Source of the DNA: Nemertoderma westbladi
Lineage: Eukaryota; Animalia; Xenacoelomorpha
Direction: 5' to 3'
DNA length: 40,240 nucleotides
NCBI GenBank assembly: GCA_032718475.1
Contig: JAUCBJ010006550.1
Location: 1-40,240 of the forward strand
Of the stretch, positions 10,139-20,899 are shown in pieces. Numbering within the stretch: position 1 is the first letter of the stretch; each line of letters opens with the position of its first letter. The notes beneath the pieces were generated by a model. It was not told the DNA's origin. It did not search any database and was given only the letters and a program-made list of their open reading frames with translations. A program made the position numbers and the translations under genes.

Positions 10139-13100
10139 ATGTCTGATACTAATCAGAGCCTGTCAGACAGTTTATTAGATGTAACTATCTGCGACTCAGA
10201 TAGAGGTGTAGAACCGTCTAGTCCTAAGTTCAGTTCACCTCCCACTGTGAGGAAAGTCATCCCTCCAGTAGTAATAACAGAACCTAGGCTGGTCCAACAT
10301 CGTAGGTCTATCATAGGCACTCGAGCCCAGGTCAAGCGGGGCCAAGAAGCAGCGGAACAGCAACAACCCGTGAGCCAAGAACTTATTTCTCAGCGGCCCG
10401 ACAGCTCCAGTAGTGAAGATACTGTAGAACTGACACCCGAGCGCGGAGCCAGGATGACGGATGCGGTTTATTCGGATCCCCTTCTCATCCTTCCTGCAGC
10501 CGTACTCACCAGGTTATTGATCGCGGTGGAAGAACACCAGATCGATTGGGCGAGAAGTAAGCGCTCAACTAAAGATAGTTATGAGGGATACACAAGGGAA
10601 GAACTGAAGTCTATGGTCGAGTCGCAATGGAACTTCCCCGGACCCGGACTCCCGTTTGATTTATCAGAAGCTGCCTGGGAAGACATACACCGGATGGGAG
10701 TAGCCAAGGAAACCATCGATCCAGCTGTGTGGAAGAGGTCCGCAGCCGGATACGCACAGGGATTCTTCAGCTCTATGGAGCGAGTAGAAAAACAACTGTT
10801 ACAACAACCTCAGGGACCTCAAGAGCAGGGACAACTGCTTTATCAAGTTAGAGAAAGAATTCTGCGAATCAGGCTAATATTATCAGCCTTTGAAGAGGCT
10901 TCTAAAAGAAGACAAGACACGTCGTTGCAAGTTGCCGTAAAGACTTGGTTTCAACGGGTGAGTCGCCAGGTTCAAGGAACAGCTCAGTGGAAAGCTCAGC
11001 TGGAAGAGCGCTCAACCCATGGAGAATCAACGGATGCTACTTTTTCCCAAGTGGAAAGTGAAGCGACGGCAGAGAAACCGCATAAGAGGGATGCCATTGA
11101 CATCTATCTGTCAGACTATCAGCGTTTTTTGGGAGATGAAGAGTTGAGGAGAAGGCTAGATGGACTTAGCCCTAATAGTGAAGGAGCCCAGCGTGTGTTG
11201 GATGCAATTGATGTGGATAGGTTAGCGGCGAACCAAGCTAAATTCGATGAACAACTCCGCATCGCTAGAGACCAAGAAGAACAATTAAAGAAAAAACGTA
11301 TAGAAGATAGAAAGACAGCGGCAGTGGCAGCAGCAGTGGCAGAGGCAGAAGCGGAAAGAAAGGCGGCAGTGGCAGTGGCAGAGGCCGAAGCGGAAAGGAA
11401 AGCGGCAGCAGCAGTGGCAGCGGCAGAAGCCGAAAGAAAAACAGCAGAGGCAGTGGCAGAAGCAGAACGGAGGGCATCTGAAGAGACAACCCAACTAGAG
11501 TTGGAAAATCTTCAACAGAGACAAGACAACTTTAATAAACAGTTAACAGCTAGTAATATGCAGATGATGAGTCGATCTACTCCCATAAGACAGGGATATA
11601 CATCATCTGAGGAAGGCGATACCACCGATACTGAAGGCAAAGGAAATAGATCTCACCTAAGCAGACGTAAAAGAACATCCCACCGTCAGAAATTGCCTGA
11701 TTTGCCTCCAGCTGTTAGAAGGCAACTAAATAACACCAACTTAGGTAGTACAGAACCCACAGACCAAATAATTATAATAGAGAGACTCCCTACTATAGTA
11801 GATGAGCCTGAAATAATTAGGCCTGTTCCCGAAGCCACCCTTTCGGTGGTAGAGACACCTGTACTCCCTGAACCTACCTCTAAATTCCCTTTGCACAGTA
11901 CCAAGCTACCTGTGCCCAGCAGAACAGCCCATGAGACAGTTCATGCCCTGGACTCCGAGCGAAATATTCATGATTTGTCGCCCGTTGTCCCTCGTCCGCC
12001 CGCTACAACGTTGGCGAATCCCGCTTCGGCGGTCGAATGGGTGGATGAGAGACGACGGGGGATGGATCTCCTGCTCGGACAGATGCAGGAGACCGTTCAG
12101 CAATTCAAAGGCACAGTAAGGGAAAGTAGGCTAGAGTTGCAAGAAGTGCAGCAAAGTATCGCGCTAGAACGCGATAAACTAGTAAATACACAAAAGGGTA
12201 TACCAACACCCCCCATAACAATGTGTCAACCTGTTAGGTCTGAAGTATCTCATGCGCAAGGTGTGGAGCCTATACGCATCTATACTGCTAGCGAAGTAGA
12301 AACTCCTATAGTGAACCCTATTAAGGGTAATTATAGACCTGTTGATAATGATATTCCCTATAGACCGGATCATAATCCGAGAAATTTATATACCGATAAC
12401 TCGATATTAAATAACACGATGGCCCAAGAAAGTTTTACGCGTCAAATGGCTAGAACCGAAGCCCGGCAAGCAGTAAAGGTGGGAGAGATCGTCAAGTTCA
12501 ATGGAGATGAGATGAAATGGTTACCTTATAATGAATATTACAAAGATAACATACAGAACTCTGTACTATCTAATGGAGAGAAACTTAGATACCTCATCGA
12601 GTGCTTGGAAGGAGCTCCCAAGTTAATGGCGTTAAAGTTTATTGGACATCCAGACGGATTAAGACAAGTTTGGGATACACTAAACATCAGGTATGGTAAT
12701 AGGAATAACATAGCTGGGTATTTGTATGCAAAGTTGGTAGCGCCCCGAAAGTTTATTAGCAGCGGGATTATAGAGTTTTCCGATGAGATTCAGGAGATCT
12801 GCAGACAATTAGATTGGCTAGGTAAGTCTCATGAGTATCAGAGTGCTATGGTTATTAGAGCAGTGGCTTCTGCTTTACCGAAGGGTGGAGTAGGTACACG
12901 CTGGGATAAGAAAGTGTTATATATGATGGAACAACAACGACGAGACCCTACAATGGCTGATCTCATGTCATTCTTAGATGGAGAAGTGAAATTACAGCTC
13001 CTAAGGCAGTCCAGAGAGAAGACACTGGAAAACAAGGTAAGTGAGAAACCCGTTTCTAGGAGAAGGGTAACACCAGTGTGTTATACCGACGACGGCGAAA

Positions 13101-14758
13101 GCCAGACTTCTCAAGGAGAGGATAGCGGGAAAGACACTGAAAGATCTTATTATGTCAATAAAACGCCTAAAGACCAGGTAAGTAAATTCAAGTCTCGAAC
13201 CAATGACAGGAGAGAACAGGTAAGAAAAACTCCTCCTACGTCTCCCAAGAGAATTCAGGTGATAAAGCCCGAGGAAAGAACGAACGTGCACCACACAGCA
13301 CATGTTAAAGTAAGTAACATCAAGCCCAAATGTGTGCTGTGCGATGGGCCCCACCGTTTAAGTGCGTGTGATGAATTCCTGAGGAAATCACTAAAGGACA
13401 GACGTGAAGTCATGTGGGATAAGCGGTTGTGTTATAATTGCCTCAGACGAGGACACCAACGGCGAACCTGTTACTCCGACGTAAGGTGTGCAAAGTGCGG
13501 CGCAAAACATCATATCTTGTTGCACACTGAATTCGAGCGAAATAGTCCGAGTCAGGTAAGTGATTCCGAACTACATGTCCAATTCAGTGATGTGAACGAC
13601 ACTGATCAATCTGAGATGGAAGGATTCTATACAGACGAATTCTCCGACGAACACGAATCCTGTTACATGACAAATACCGCAGTGTATCGAGCACTTACGT
13701 ATGAAAAGGACACCGACAGCGAGCTCACCCCAACTACTTCTGACCGACAACCATCTTGGAAAGCACCAACTTCCAATATAGGAATCCGAGAATTTCCCAT
13801 AGTGCAGGTAAGGGTCCACGGATCTAAAAGGAGTTATATAGTTAACGCCCTCCTTGACCCCGGTAGCACAGGAACATTCATCGACAAAGAACTAGCCGAA
13901 GACATCTTTGCTGGACAACCCAAGTTCCGAACTAAGTTAAACATGTCAGGAATTATGCATGTTTGGAAATCTACAGTAATAGCGGATTATTATGTAGGTG
14001 CGTTGTCCACCCCCCAGGATGAACTAGGAGAACACAGCATAAGGTCAGTAAAAATGGTGGCGATGAAGAACTTCGCTACCAGCCAAGTAGAACCTTATAA
14101 CTGGGATGAGGACGATTTCACCCAGCAGTTTGATATACCTAGATTCAACACAGATTACCCTGGAGTGCAAATACTCATCGGTCAAAATGCGCATGAGGCG
14201 CTCGAGACATTGGAGAAACAGCCTGCTCAACCGCAACCACTACAAGCTTATGCGGGAAGAACTAGAGTGGGTTGGTACTTTACTGGCCCATCCCGTAGAA
14301 CTCTCATGGAAAGATTACCGAAAGATCAGGTATATCAAGTCAGAGAATGGGAAGTTGAGAGCAGTGAAGTTGACGACCCAACTGAGGGAACACCATACTC
14401 CTCAGATAATGACGACATCAACTCCAATGTAGATCAATGGAGACATTGCCCCGAGACGATTAATCTAGCCGACATCGCCTCCAGAGGAGCAACTCCTCAA
14501 GAACTGACAGATACTCCAGACCGGTTAGGTGGACCCAACTTCCTAAGTAAAGAAGATGAATGGCCTCCTCATCTTACCCCGGTGAAGATTAGACAGGCCA
14601 AGGGAGCGGAGAAAGTAACACAACCACTCAATCGCCCAGCTGGTCGTTTATGTTTACCGGAAAGAGACCGAAAACTGTCCGGAAACTATGGAAGGCAAGA
14701 TAATCTTCCCACGACCACCTCCCTAATCCAACAAATATCTAGGGACTCCATAACGTAA
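10139..14758 (+). CDS. BEL/Pao-type Gag-aspartic protease polyprotein (1539 aa) lacking RT and integrase core
   Basis: DUF1759-like capsid (IVKFNGD..KW...EKLRYL..CLEG...W..L..RYG, from aa ~784); three BEL-type knuckles CVLCDGPHRLSAC, CYNCLRRGHQRRTC, CAKCGAKHHILLH; protease ALLDPGSTGTFI...ILIGQN...TRVGW; then RNase H-end relic and IN-tail relic. No YVDD-type RT motif. Confidence 0.92.
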   Translation: MSDTNQSLSDSLLDVTICDSDRGVEPSSPKFSSPPTVRKVIPPVVITEPRLVQHRRSIIGTRAQVKRGQEAAEQQQPVSQELISQRPDSSSSEDTVELTPERGARMTDAVYSDPLLILPAAVLTRLLIAVEEHQIDWARSKRSTKDSYEGYTREELKSMVESQWNFPGPGLPFDLSEAAWEDIHRMGVAKETIDPAVWKRSAAGYAQGFFSSMERVEKQLLQQPQGPQEQGQLLYQVRERILRIRLILSAFEEASKRRQDTSLQVAVKTWFQRVSRQVQGTAQWKAQLEERSTHGESTDATFSQVESEATAEKPHKRDAIDIYLSDYQRFLGDEELRRRLDGLSPNSEGAQRVLDAIDVDRLAANQAKFDEQLRIARDQEEQLKKKRIEDRKTAAVAAAVAEAEAERKAAVAVAEAEAERKAAAAVAAAEAERKTAEAVAEAERRASEETTQLELENLQQRQDNFNKQLTASNMQMMSRSTPIRQGYTSSEEGDTTDTEGKGNRSHLSRRKRTSHRQKLPDLPPAVRRQLNNTNLGSTEPTDQIIIIERLPTIVDEPEIIRPVPEATLSVVETPVLPEPTSKFPLHSTKLPVPSRTAHETVHALDSERNIHDLSPVVPRPPATTLANPASAVEWVDERRRGMDLLLGQMQETVQQFKGTVRESRLELQEVQQSIALERDKLVNTQKGIPTPPITMCQPVRSEVSHAQGVEPIRIYTASEVETPIVNPIKGNYRPVDNDIPYRPDHNPRNLYTDNSILNNTMAQESFTRQMARTEARQAVKVGEIVKFNGDEMKWLPYNEYYKDNIQNSVLSNGEKLRYLIECLEGAPKLMALKFIGHPDGLRQVWDTLNIRYGNRNNIAGYLYAKLVAPRKFISSGIIEFSDEIQEICRQLDWLGKSHEYQSAMVIRAVASALPKGGVGTRWDKKVLYMMEQQRRDPTMADLMSFLDGEVKLQLLRQSREKTLENKVSEKPVSRRRVTPVCYTDDGESQTSQGEDSGKDTERSYYVNKTPKDQVSKFKSRTNDRREQVRKTPPTSPKRIQVIKPEERTNVHHTAHVKVSNIKPKCVLCDGPHRLSACDEFLRKSLKDRREVMWDKRLCYNCLRRGHQRRTCYSDVRCAKCGAKHHILLHTEFERNSPSQVSDSELHVQFSDVNDTDQSEMEGFYTDEFSDEHESCYMTNTAVYRALTYEKDTDSELTPTTSDRQPSWKAPTSNIGIREFPIVQVRVHGSKRSYIVNALLDPGSTGTFIDKELAEDIFAGQPKFRTKLNMSGIMHVWKSTVIADYYVGALSTPQDELGEHSIRSVKMVAMKNFATSQVEPYNWDEDDFTQQFDIPRFNTDYPGVQILIGQNAHEALETLEKQPAQPQPLQAYAGRTRVGWYFTGPSRRTLMERLPKDQVYQVREWEVESSEVDDPTEGTPYSSDNDDINSNVDQWRHCPETINLADIASRGATPQELTDTPDRLGGPNFLSKEDEWPPHLTPVKIRQAKGAEKVTQPLNRPAGRLCLPERDRKLSGNYGRQDNLPTTTSLIQQISRDSIT
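11311..11478 (+). repeat. Purine-rich coding repeat (K[T/A]A..VA..EAER x4), predicted coiled coil
   Basis: Repeated GCAGTGGCAG / GAAGC.GAAAG units in frame in the Gag ORF. Confidence 0.8.
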
Positions 14759-14766
14759 CAACATAC

Positions 14767-14776
14767 GGAGTGGGTG
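14767..14776 (+). promoter_or_regulatory. Polypurine-tract-like primer site
   Basis: GGAGTGGGTG 8 nt after the ORF stop and directly abutting TGTGAC, the layout usual for BEL/Pao 3' ends. Confidence 0.6.
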
Positions 14777-15255
14777 TGTGACTATATTATTTTATATTTA
14801 TTTTTATTATTTTATATTATGTATGTATTATTATGTAATTTTATTATAATCGTTTTCTTTAATTTTATTTAGTAGAATGTTATTTTAGCGATTTAGTAGA
14901 TTAGTGCAATATATATTCGCGTTTATTACGTAATTACTTATATATATATTTAGTGCGACGGCGAGAAACAATTCTTTTTCTCTTCCTTACTGTCCGTATT
15001 ACATTACGAATACGTAACTACAGTAAGATGAAATATCCGTACTTACTAAAGTACAATAAAGCCACTACTATATTCAGTATTATTGGTAGGCAGAGTATTA
15101 GGAATGCAAAGTTCAGATCCTCGTGTCTCGGCTAAACCAAGCTCTGGGTAGACCTTGGAAACGACTTGCCTCTTCTCACTGACATTGCTTCGTGCGATAT
15201 TGCTCTCATACCGTATATTAAATAATACATATAGTAGCGTGATGTCTCTTTAACA
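14777..15255 (+). mobile_element. Probable 3' LTR (family B, 479 bp) of the Gag-protease element
   Basis: Begins TGT right after the PPT, T-rich U3-like start, AATAAA at 15055 and ATTAAA near 15216, ends TTTAACA. No second copy in window, so the right end is inferred. Confidence 0.55.
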
Positions 15256-15304
15256 GTAGCTTATAACGCAAAAAAAAATCTGTTAAACCCTTTGACCATA
15301 TGTA

Positions 15305-15576
15305 ATTCTAGTCGATTAAGATATCGCGGCACCCACCGATATACTTGAAAGACAAATTTCTAGAATCAATGGTTAACGTCCCCAGACAAGTTCTGGAATA
15401 AACTGGTGCCCATCCTAAATATTAATTATTAATATTTACAAAATCTGTCAAATTTTAGATCCTTTAACATTCTAGTCGAGTAAGATATCGTAGCATTTAC
15501 CGATACTCTTAAAAAGACAAATTCATAGAATCAAGGATCATATGTCCCCAGATATGCTCTGGAATTAAATTGTGTC
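15305..15576. repeat. Imperfect direct repeat (~105-bp block, ~164-bp period)
   Basis: TTCTAGTCGA.TAAGATATCG...CCGATA...AAAGACAAATT..TAGAATCAA...GTCCCCAGA...TCTGGAAT occurs twice. Confidence 0.75.
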
Positions 15577-16500
15577 AATTTAACTATCAAATAATAAAAT
15601 TTCAGGGAATAAATTTAAATTCATACTTTAATGAATTTAATAAATTGCAATTTTATACAATTTATAACATTCCCAAATTTCCATTAATTAATAGATCATG
15701 GGAGCGGAGATTCACTATATTAAGTGTATTTGTGTGTGAGAATCTCCAATGTATAGTCAATAGCCGATAAAATTCATAAAATCATGTATAAAGGGGATAT
15801 TGACCATTAAAGAATTACTATTAAATAGCATCCCAGATCTGTATGCATGAGAATTACCCTAATTCTACCGCTAGCTTTCCATAATGTCACCATGGCAACA
15901 ACCACGCTAGAATTAGAAGTGAGTTAAAAGAACAATAAAGGGCTTGCGTATTGAATAGCATACGGAATAAATAGCACACCGCTAGTATCCAAGGATACAT
16001 AATAACAACGTGACATTCTGGAAGGCACTTGACTAACGGACAAATGACCCGAATGTGTGATAGAATGTGTACAATTTGTGACAGTTACGTGGAATTTGTG
16101 CGTTTGTAGGTGAATGTTACTACTAAGGTGTGTTTACAGTAGCGAGTCGCAATTGTGAAAGTAACCCTAACTCTCCAGTAAGAACCTGAAGTATATCTAA
16201 GCCTTTGGGACGGACGGTGGAGTGGCTCGTGCTGGTTGTTGTAGTCGTTGTGCAGCTACGACGTTGGCGATAGGCACATCGGCGAAAGTACACCAGCGCT
16301 GAGGATCTCGCACTGTCCGGGGGCAGAGAGGGGTAGGCAGCGACGCCCGCTCGCCTAAATATAAACTCATTATAATATGGATAAACTTATATAGCAGATA
16401 TGATTGAGTTGATAGAAGATGATAGAAAATTGAGATATTTTTGTCGAAAGACATAATCGTCGATAATATTACCTGTTAAAGAAGGATAGTTCCTGTTTTT

Positions 16501-17041
16501 GATCTAGACTTTGCTGATGACTTAGGAGTACTCTCAGAATCACTACGAGGGAGCCCAACGGGCCCCTCAGCTCATTAGAACAGGATGCTTGCTTCTAGTG
16601 CTGGTCTTTTTATTAACTCCAAAAAGACCAAAATTTTGACAGTTAACTTTGAAAGTCCTCAGAAATTCTCTGTCCAAATGAGCACAACCTCAAAGGATGT
16701 TATGGTTGAGCATGTGGACGACTTCTGTTACCTGGGATCATGGATCCGGAAGTCAGGTGAGGATCTTCGAATACGGTTTGTAGAAAATTGCTTTCGCCGT
16801 GAGGAACAGCCAGTTAATAATCTCGTGCTTTGGCAGCCTCATGGAGTGAATAAGCATGGTGGACAGCCCATGACTTTCTTAAGACGCATCTTAAAGGACA
16901 CTGGCCTAGAAGATGCGGATGATCTAGCAAATGTCATGGGTGATAGGGAGCTGTGGCGGCCCAATTTTGTCGACAAGCCTGCACAGCATTCTTAAAAATG
17001 CAGCTACAATGCAGCATACCGATCCTAGTAGTAGTAGTAGT
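16501..17041 (+). mobile_element. 5'-truncated, internally deleted RTE-clade LINE copy with (TAG)n tail
   Basis: Starts at GATCTAGACTTTGCTGATGAC (LDFADD), matches 36941-37671 with a deletion near 16775, ends CCTAGTAGTAGTAGTAGT. Confidence 0.9.
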
Positions 17042-17286
17042 CCTTCAAGGCGACATGGTTGTTCCTGTTCGATACTATTCGATAATGTTCGATACTATTA
17101 CCTGTTACACAAGGGTAGTTCCTGTTGTGTAAGGATTGGGAATTCCTGCTTCCGCGGGTACCTGGTTCCTTCTACACCTACACCCATATGATCTTCCCAT
17201 AAACCATGAATGTAGCAACTGCATTGGAAAATGTCGACGCAAAGTTAGAAATCCACCACTTTCCTCCTGCTGGACGCCATCATGTG

Positions 17287-18455
17287 TGTAAAGGCTTTTG
17301 CGGAATTAGCCGGTTATTTTCCCCGTAAAGTACTCTGTAGTTGGTTTAACAGGCATAAAAGGCCATGTCCTTACTGTACTGGTGTTTTAGAGGACATAAA
17401 AGCCATTTCTTCTGTTTGTGTACTTTAACGGACATAATTAGTAATTCTATGACGCAATAAGCCAGATCCTCTTGAAACAGTGTAGCTACCATGACGACGG
17501 CTAACAGCTGATGCTGTACACGTGGAGCTTGTTCTTTGTTCTCTGTTCCTTCTTTGTTCGGTCAACCAATCAGAGCGTTTTTTGCCTCTGTGTTAGAGAT
17601 TGTATATAGAAACTCGTGGAGTTGAGTCAGTATGTGATTTTGTCCACAGCCTAAGAACACCGGCTTTGGAACCTCCGTGTTTCAGTCTTTAGCTCAACAT
17701 TAGTAGGCTTAATTATAGAACGTATATCTGTTATCTCACTTAACTAATCATACTAACCAAAACGATCATATCAATTTATACCTTAACATTTTACTGCTTT
17801 TACTGTCGGTTATTCATTATATTTTGTTGATGGAATATTATATTTGGAATACTGATAAATAATCAGACACCCCAATCTTCTTGATATACTAAAGGTTAGA
17901 GAGACCGGATACATATAACGATTGCGACTTACATTAAGTGGTTTGAAGTGAATCTAATGCTATTTTATAGGCCCTACACGTATTGTCTGTTGTTCTCCTT
18001 ATATGTGACTAAAATTAGTGAAGGTCGGCAGATTAGTGTGCAGCATTGTGCAGTATTGTGTATGATTGTGATTGATAACAAAGCATCTCCTAAAGAATGC
18101 GCCATATACGTGAATATATAGCCATCCCGTTGTGTCTAGTTTAAGTCATAACTCTGTTTATATATTTAAAGCGCCACGTCCTAAAGGAACTGTTAATATT
18201 TCCCGAAAGTGAATAATATTTGTCAGAGATTATATATATTACGATCAGTCGAATAATACAGTAGGCCTACCCCGCAATACGGTTAGGCTTCCGAATCCAG
18301 TCTCCCGGGTATATCCAGCGGGTGAATGATCGCGCATAGACTGGCTTCGGCTAATGTAGTGTATCAAATACTTGTCATAGGCTAAAGACGATCTATTATC
18401 TAGAAGACATCCCAATTTGGCAGGTTAAACTGCTAAAGGTCTGAAAGCGCGAACA
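17287..18455 (+). mobile_element. Solo LTR family A, copy 2 (1169 bp) with 5-bp TSD ATGTG
   Basis: TGT...ACA termini; ATGTG at 17282-17286 and 18456-18460; homologous to 6810-7955. Confidence 0.92.
17566..17631 (+). promoter_or_regulatory. Putative LTR core promoter (CCAAT, TATA-like, Inr-like)
   Basis: CCAAT at 17566, TATATAGA at 17603, TCAGT at 17627; TATA is degenerate in copy 1. Confidence 0.4.
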
Positions 18456-19017
18456 ATGTGACATGGGTGATGTGTATGGTGCAAAATAACAACCTCAATT
18501 TATTGAGGTGGTTATTGTGTATGGTGATGTTTATGATGTGTTTTACGATTACACTACCAATAAATGTGTATTTGTAAAAACTGGAATAATACTGGTACAC
18601 TGGCTATATGATGGTAGCCCAGTTAGTTAGAAGTTTATCTGAGGGTGATCTTCATTTACTCCATTCCTGGAGGACTAACCCATCAGCTTTGAGCTACAGT
18701 ACAATGATGGAAGCTGCCCCGTTCTTTAGTTATCATGGTATCGATATAGCTGATATGTATAATTATATTTTACCATTACAGAATCTATAGAAATGAAAAG
18801 CATATTGCAATTGAGTTTTATATCAATATAAAACAATTAATAATATGACTTAACACTTAATTATATGACTTAACACTTAATTATATTTGATTGAATTATT
18901 TTGTATTTAATTTCATATTCGAATACAGAGATTAAAAAAAATTGTCAAAGACAAAAACAGCTTTTTATACAATACAACGCCCTTTTCCATCCTGTAATTT
19001 GCGTATAATTACTACCT

Positions 19018-19760
19018 AATCAATCAATCAATCAATTAAATTATATTATATAGGGCTAAAAACTTATATTTAAACTTAGACTCCAAGCACCGCAACTTTC
19101 GAGTAACAATGACACTACATAAAGTAGTTAATTAAAAACTAAAAATACTAAAACGATTCAAGGCAAATTAAAATAGTTCGGTAAATATAAGTAAATATAA
19201 GTAAAAATAATAATAATAATATTGGTTATTTATATAGCGCTTTTCTACGCTCAGCATACTCAAAGCGCTTTTACAGTATTAGCATTACCCCAGCAAAGCC
19301 AGGTTCCCATTATACCGCTGGGTTGACGTAGGCACTAATGTCTAAAGTGTCTTTCCTAGGGACACAACAGTGCGAAATTTCTACAGCCTTTAGTCGGATT
19401 CGAACCTGCGCCACCAGTTCAGGCGCCGTATCCACTCGGACACTGCGACATCAAATAAATAAGTAAAAATAAGTAAAAATAATGTAGTTAATTAAAATTG
19501 GGTTGGTAACGCGTTATCGAATAAATGAGTTTTGAGGTTCTTCTTAAATATTTCAATAGATGTTACGGCACGTATTTTAGTTGGTAGTTTATTCCCCAAT
19601 GTGGGTCCTGATACTGCGAAGGCGCGTAAGTTATAAAATGACAAAGTTTGCTGCGAGATACATACTGTTATCTCGCAACAACTAGCACTTAGCCTGTGCG
19701 CCTCTCTGTCTTGCAACATTCAATAGTATCTAAATAAGTACCAGTTTCCTTTGGGGGTAT
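19018..19760 (-). mobile_element. L2/CR1-type LINE 3' fragment with (ATTG)n tail, interrupted by a SINE
   Basis: ORF2 C-terminus RAFAVSGPTLGNKLPTKIR...FKKNLKTHLF (19492..19719) and (CAAT)n at ~19018-19035. Confidence 0.75.
19206..19449 (-). mobile_element. tRNA-derived SINE with CORE-like centre and L2-type tail
   Basis: Minus strand: A box AGTGTCCGAGTGG, B box GGTTCGAATCC, TGTGTCCCTAGGAAAGACACTT...CAACCCAGCGGTATAATGGG, tail AAAGCGCTTTGAG...AAAAGCGCTATATAAAT (TAT)n; TAAGTAAAAATAA on both flanks. Confidence 0.85.
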
Positions 19761-20005
19761 TGGTCTTGGGGGACCGTTCTGGAAAAATAAGTTGTCATAC
19801 TTTTTGCGTAATCATTGGCCTAACGGCTAAAGAAAACTACACTTTTAATTTCGATACTTTACTCAGATCATCACGTCATCAGGATGTTGCACGGTTGAGG
19901 TTGATGTTGATTAAAATCTGTACTAATATTGAATGTTATTTTATACATTTTTTATAATTTTTTATATGAAAAATTGACACTGCATATTTATATTATTATA
20001 TCCAG

Positions 20006-20599
20006 GTAAAAGTCCACATGCGAGATATCCTTGAGACGGCGGATATGGTACTTCAGAGTAAACTAGATTTGTACACTCCTCCGAGTTACTCTGATTCGAC
20101 GTCTACATGCTTAGCGGAAAAGTATCCATTATGTAAACCAAACAGTAGAGGGGTCTATTATCCACATGATGCGTATGGATTCAGTGACTTAGTACGTTGT
20201 GATTCGGATTGGGTGGTGATTTCTGAATTCGGAGACTTAACAAAATTAAATCGCCGCTGGATTGATTTTGTTAACGGGTTCGGTAATATCAACTACGATT
20301 TCTGGATGGGCTTAGAAAATATTCACAAGCTTACTCGGGGGGGAGTCCCTATGGTGATTGACATGCGGATAGATGATACAGTTTACAGCATTGAATATGA
20401 ACACTTTCAGGTGGATTCTGCTTCAACAAATTATAAACTGAATGTGTCTGAACGTTCTATAACGTCCTTACGTGCTCCCTTGTTACTTAATGGGGAAACT
20501 TTCTCAAGTCGGAATGGATGGTGGTTTAATGATCATTTCTATCAGTTGCATAATACTATAACTATGCCAATACAAATCAAGATTCTTGTGGACCAATCA
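20006..20599 (+). CDS. Fibrinogen-related domain (FReD) exon A, phase 0-0, 198 codons
   Basis: Acceptor TATCCAG|, donor |GTAAGT; motifs SRGVY...CD.DWVVI, LNRRWIDFVNGFGN...FWMGLENIHKLT, Y.HFQV....NYKL, FSS..GWWF. Confidence 0.85.
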
Positions 20600-20899
20600 G
20601 TAAGTTGACCAATACAAAGTAGATAGAATATAAGTTATAAAAATGTATGTTGTAAATCATTGCTATCTTTGTTCCAATCAGAGCGAATGATTTAATCAAC
20701 TCAGGTGTTCTATATAAGATAAAAGGCATCTATTTCCAATACAAGTACTACAGCAGCCCCAACAGCAGCCGCTACCCAACATGTGTTTGTAAATAAGTTG
20801 TTAAATCTTTAGCAACTAGCTAGTGGATCGATCTGAAAGGAATGTGAGGCCGTCGGAATAATTGGACTAAACAAACATGCTATATGTACATATAACATG

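Noticed and set aside
11265-14236. Short antisense and alternate-frame ORFs overlapping the Gag ORF
   Set aside because: Shadows of the purine-rich repeat and the long sense ORF; no recognisable motifs.
16162-16357. Telomerase RNA (TAACCCTAAC template-like 10-mer upstream of a structured region)
   Set aside because: No U-rich/A-rich triple-helix pseudoknot after the template and no convincing H or ACA boxes; a lone 10-mer can be chance.
17262-17279. Minus-strand PBS-like TGGCGTCC beside LTR-A copy 2
   Set aside because: Lies outside the TSD in target DNA, only 8 nt match to a tRNA-Asn end.
6810-18455. One 11.6-kb LTR retrotransposon bounded by the two LTR-A copies
   Set aside because: Copy 2 has its own ATGTG TSD on both sides, outer flanks (CACTT/ATGTG) do not match, there is no PBS after copy 1 or PPT before copy 2, and the Gag ORF has its own PPT and different LTR.
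17120-18730. Decayed C-type lectin exon split by the solo LTR (RIGNSCF, WLYDGSPVS, YNDGSC)
   Set aside because: Motifs lie in different frames with stops, no splice sites found, and GNSC derives from a local TTCCTG repeat.
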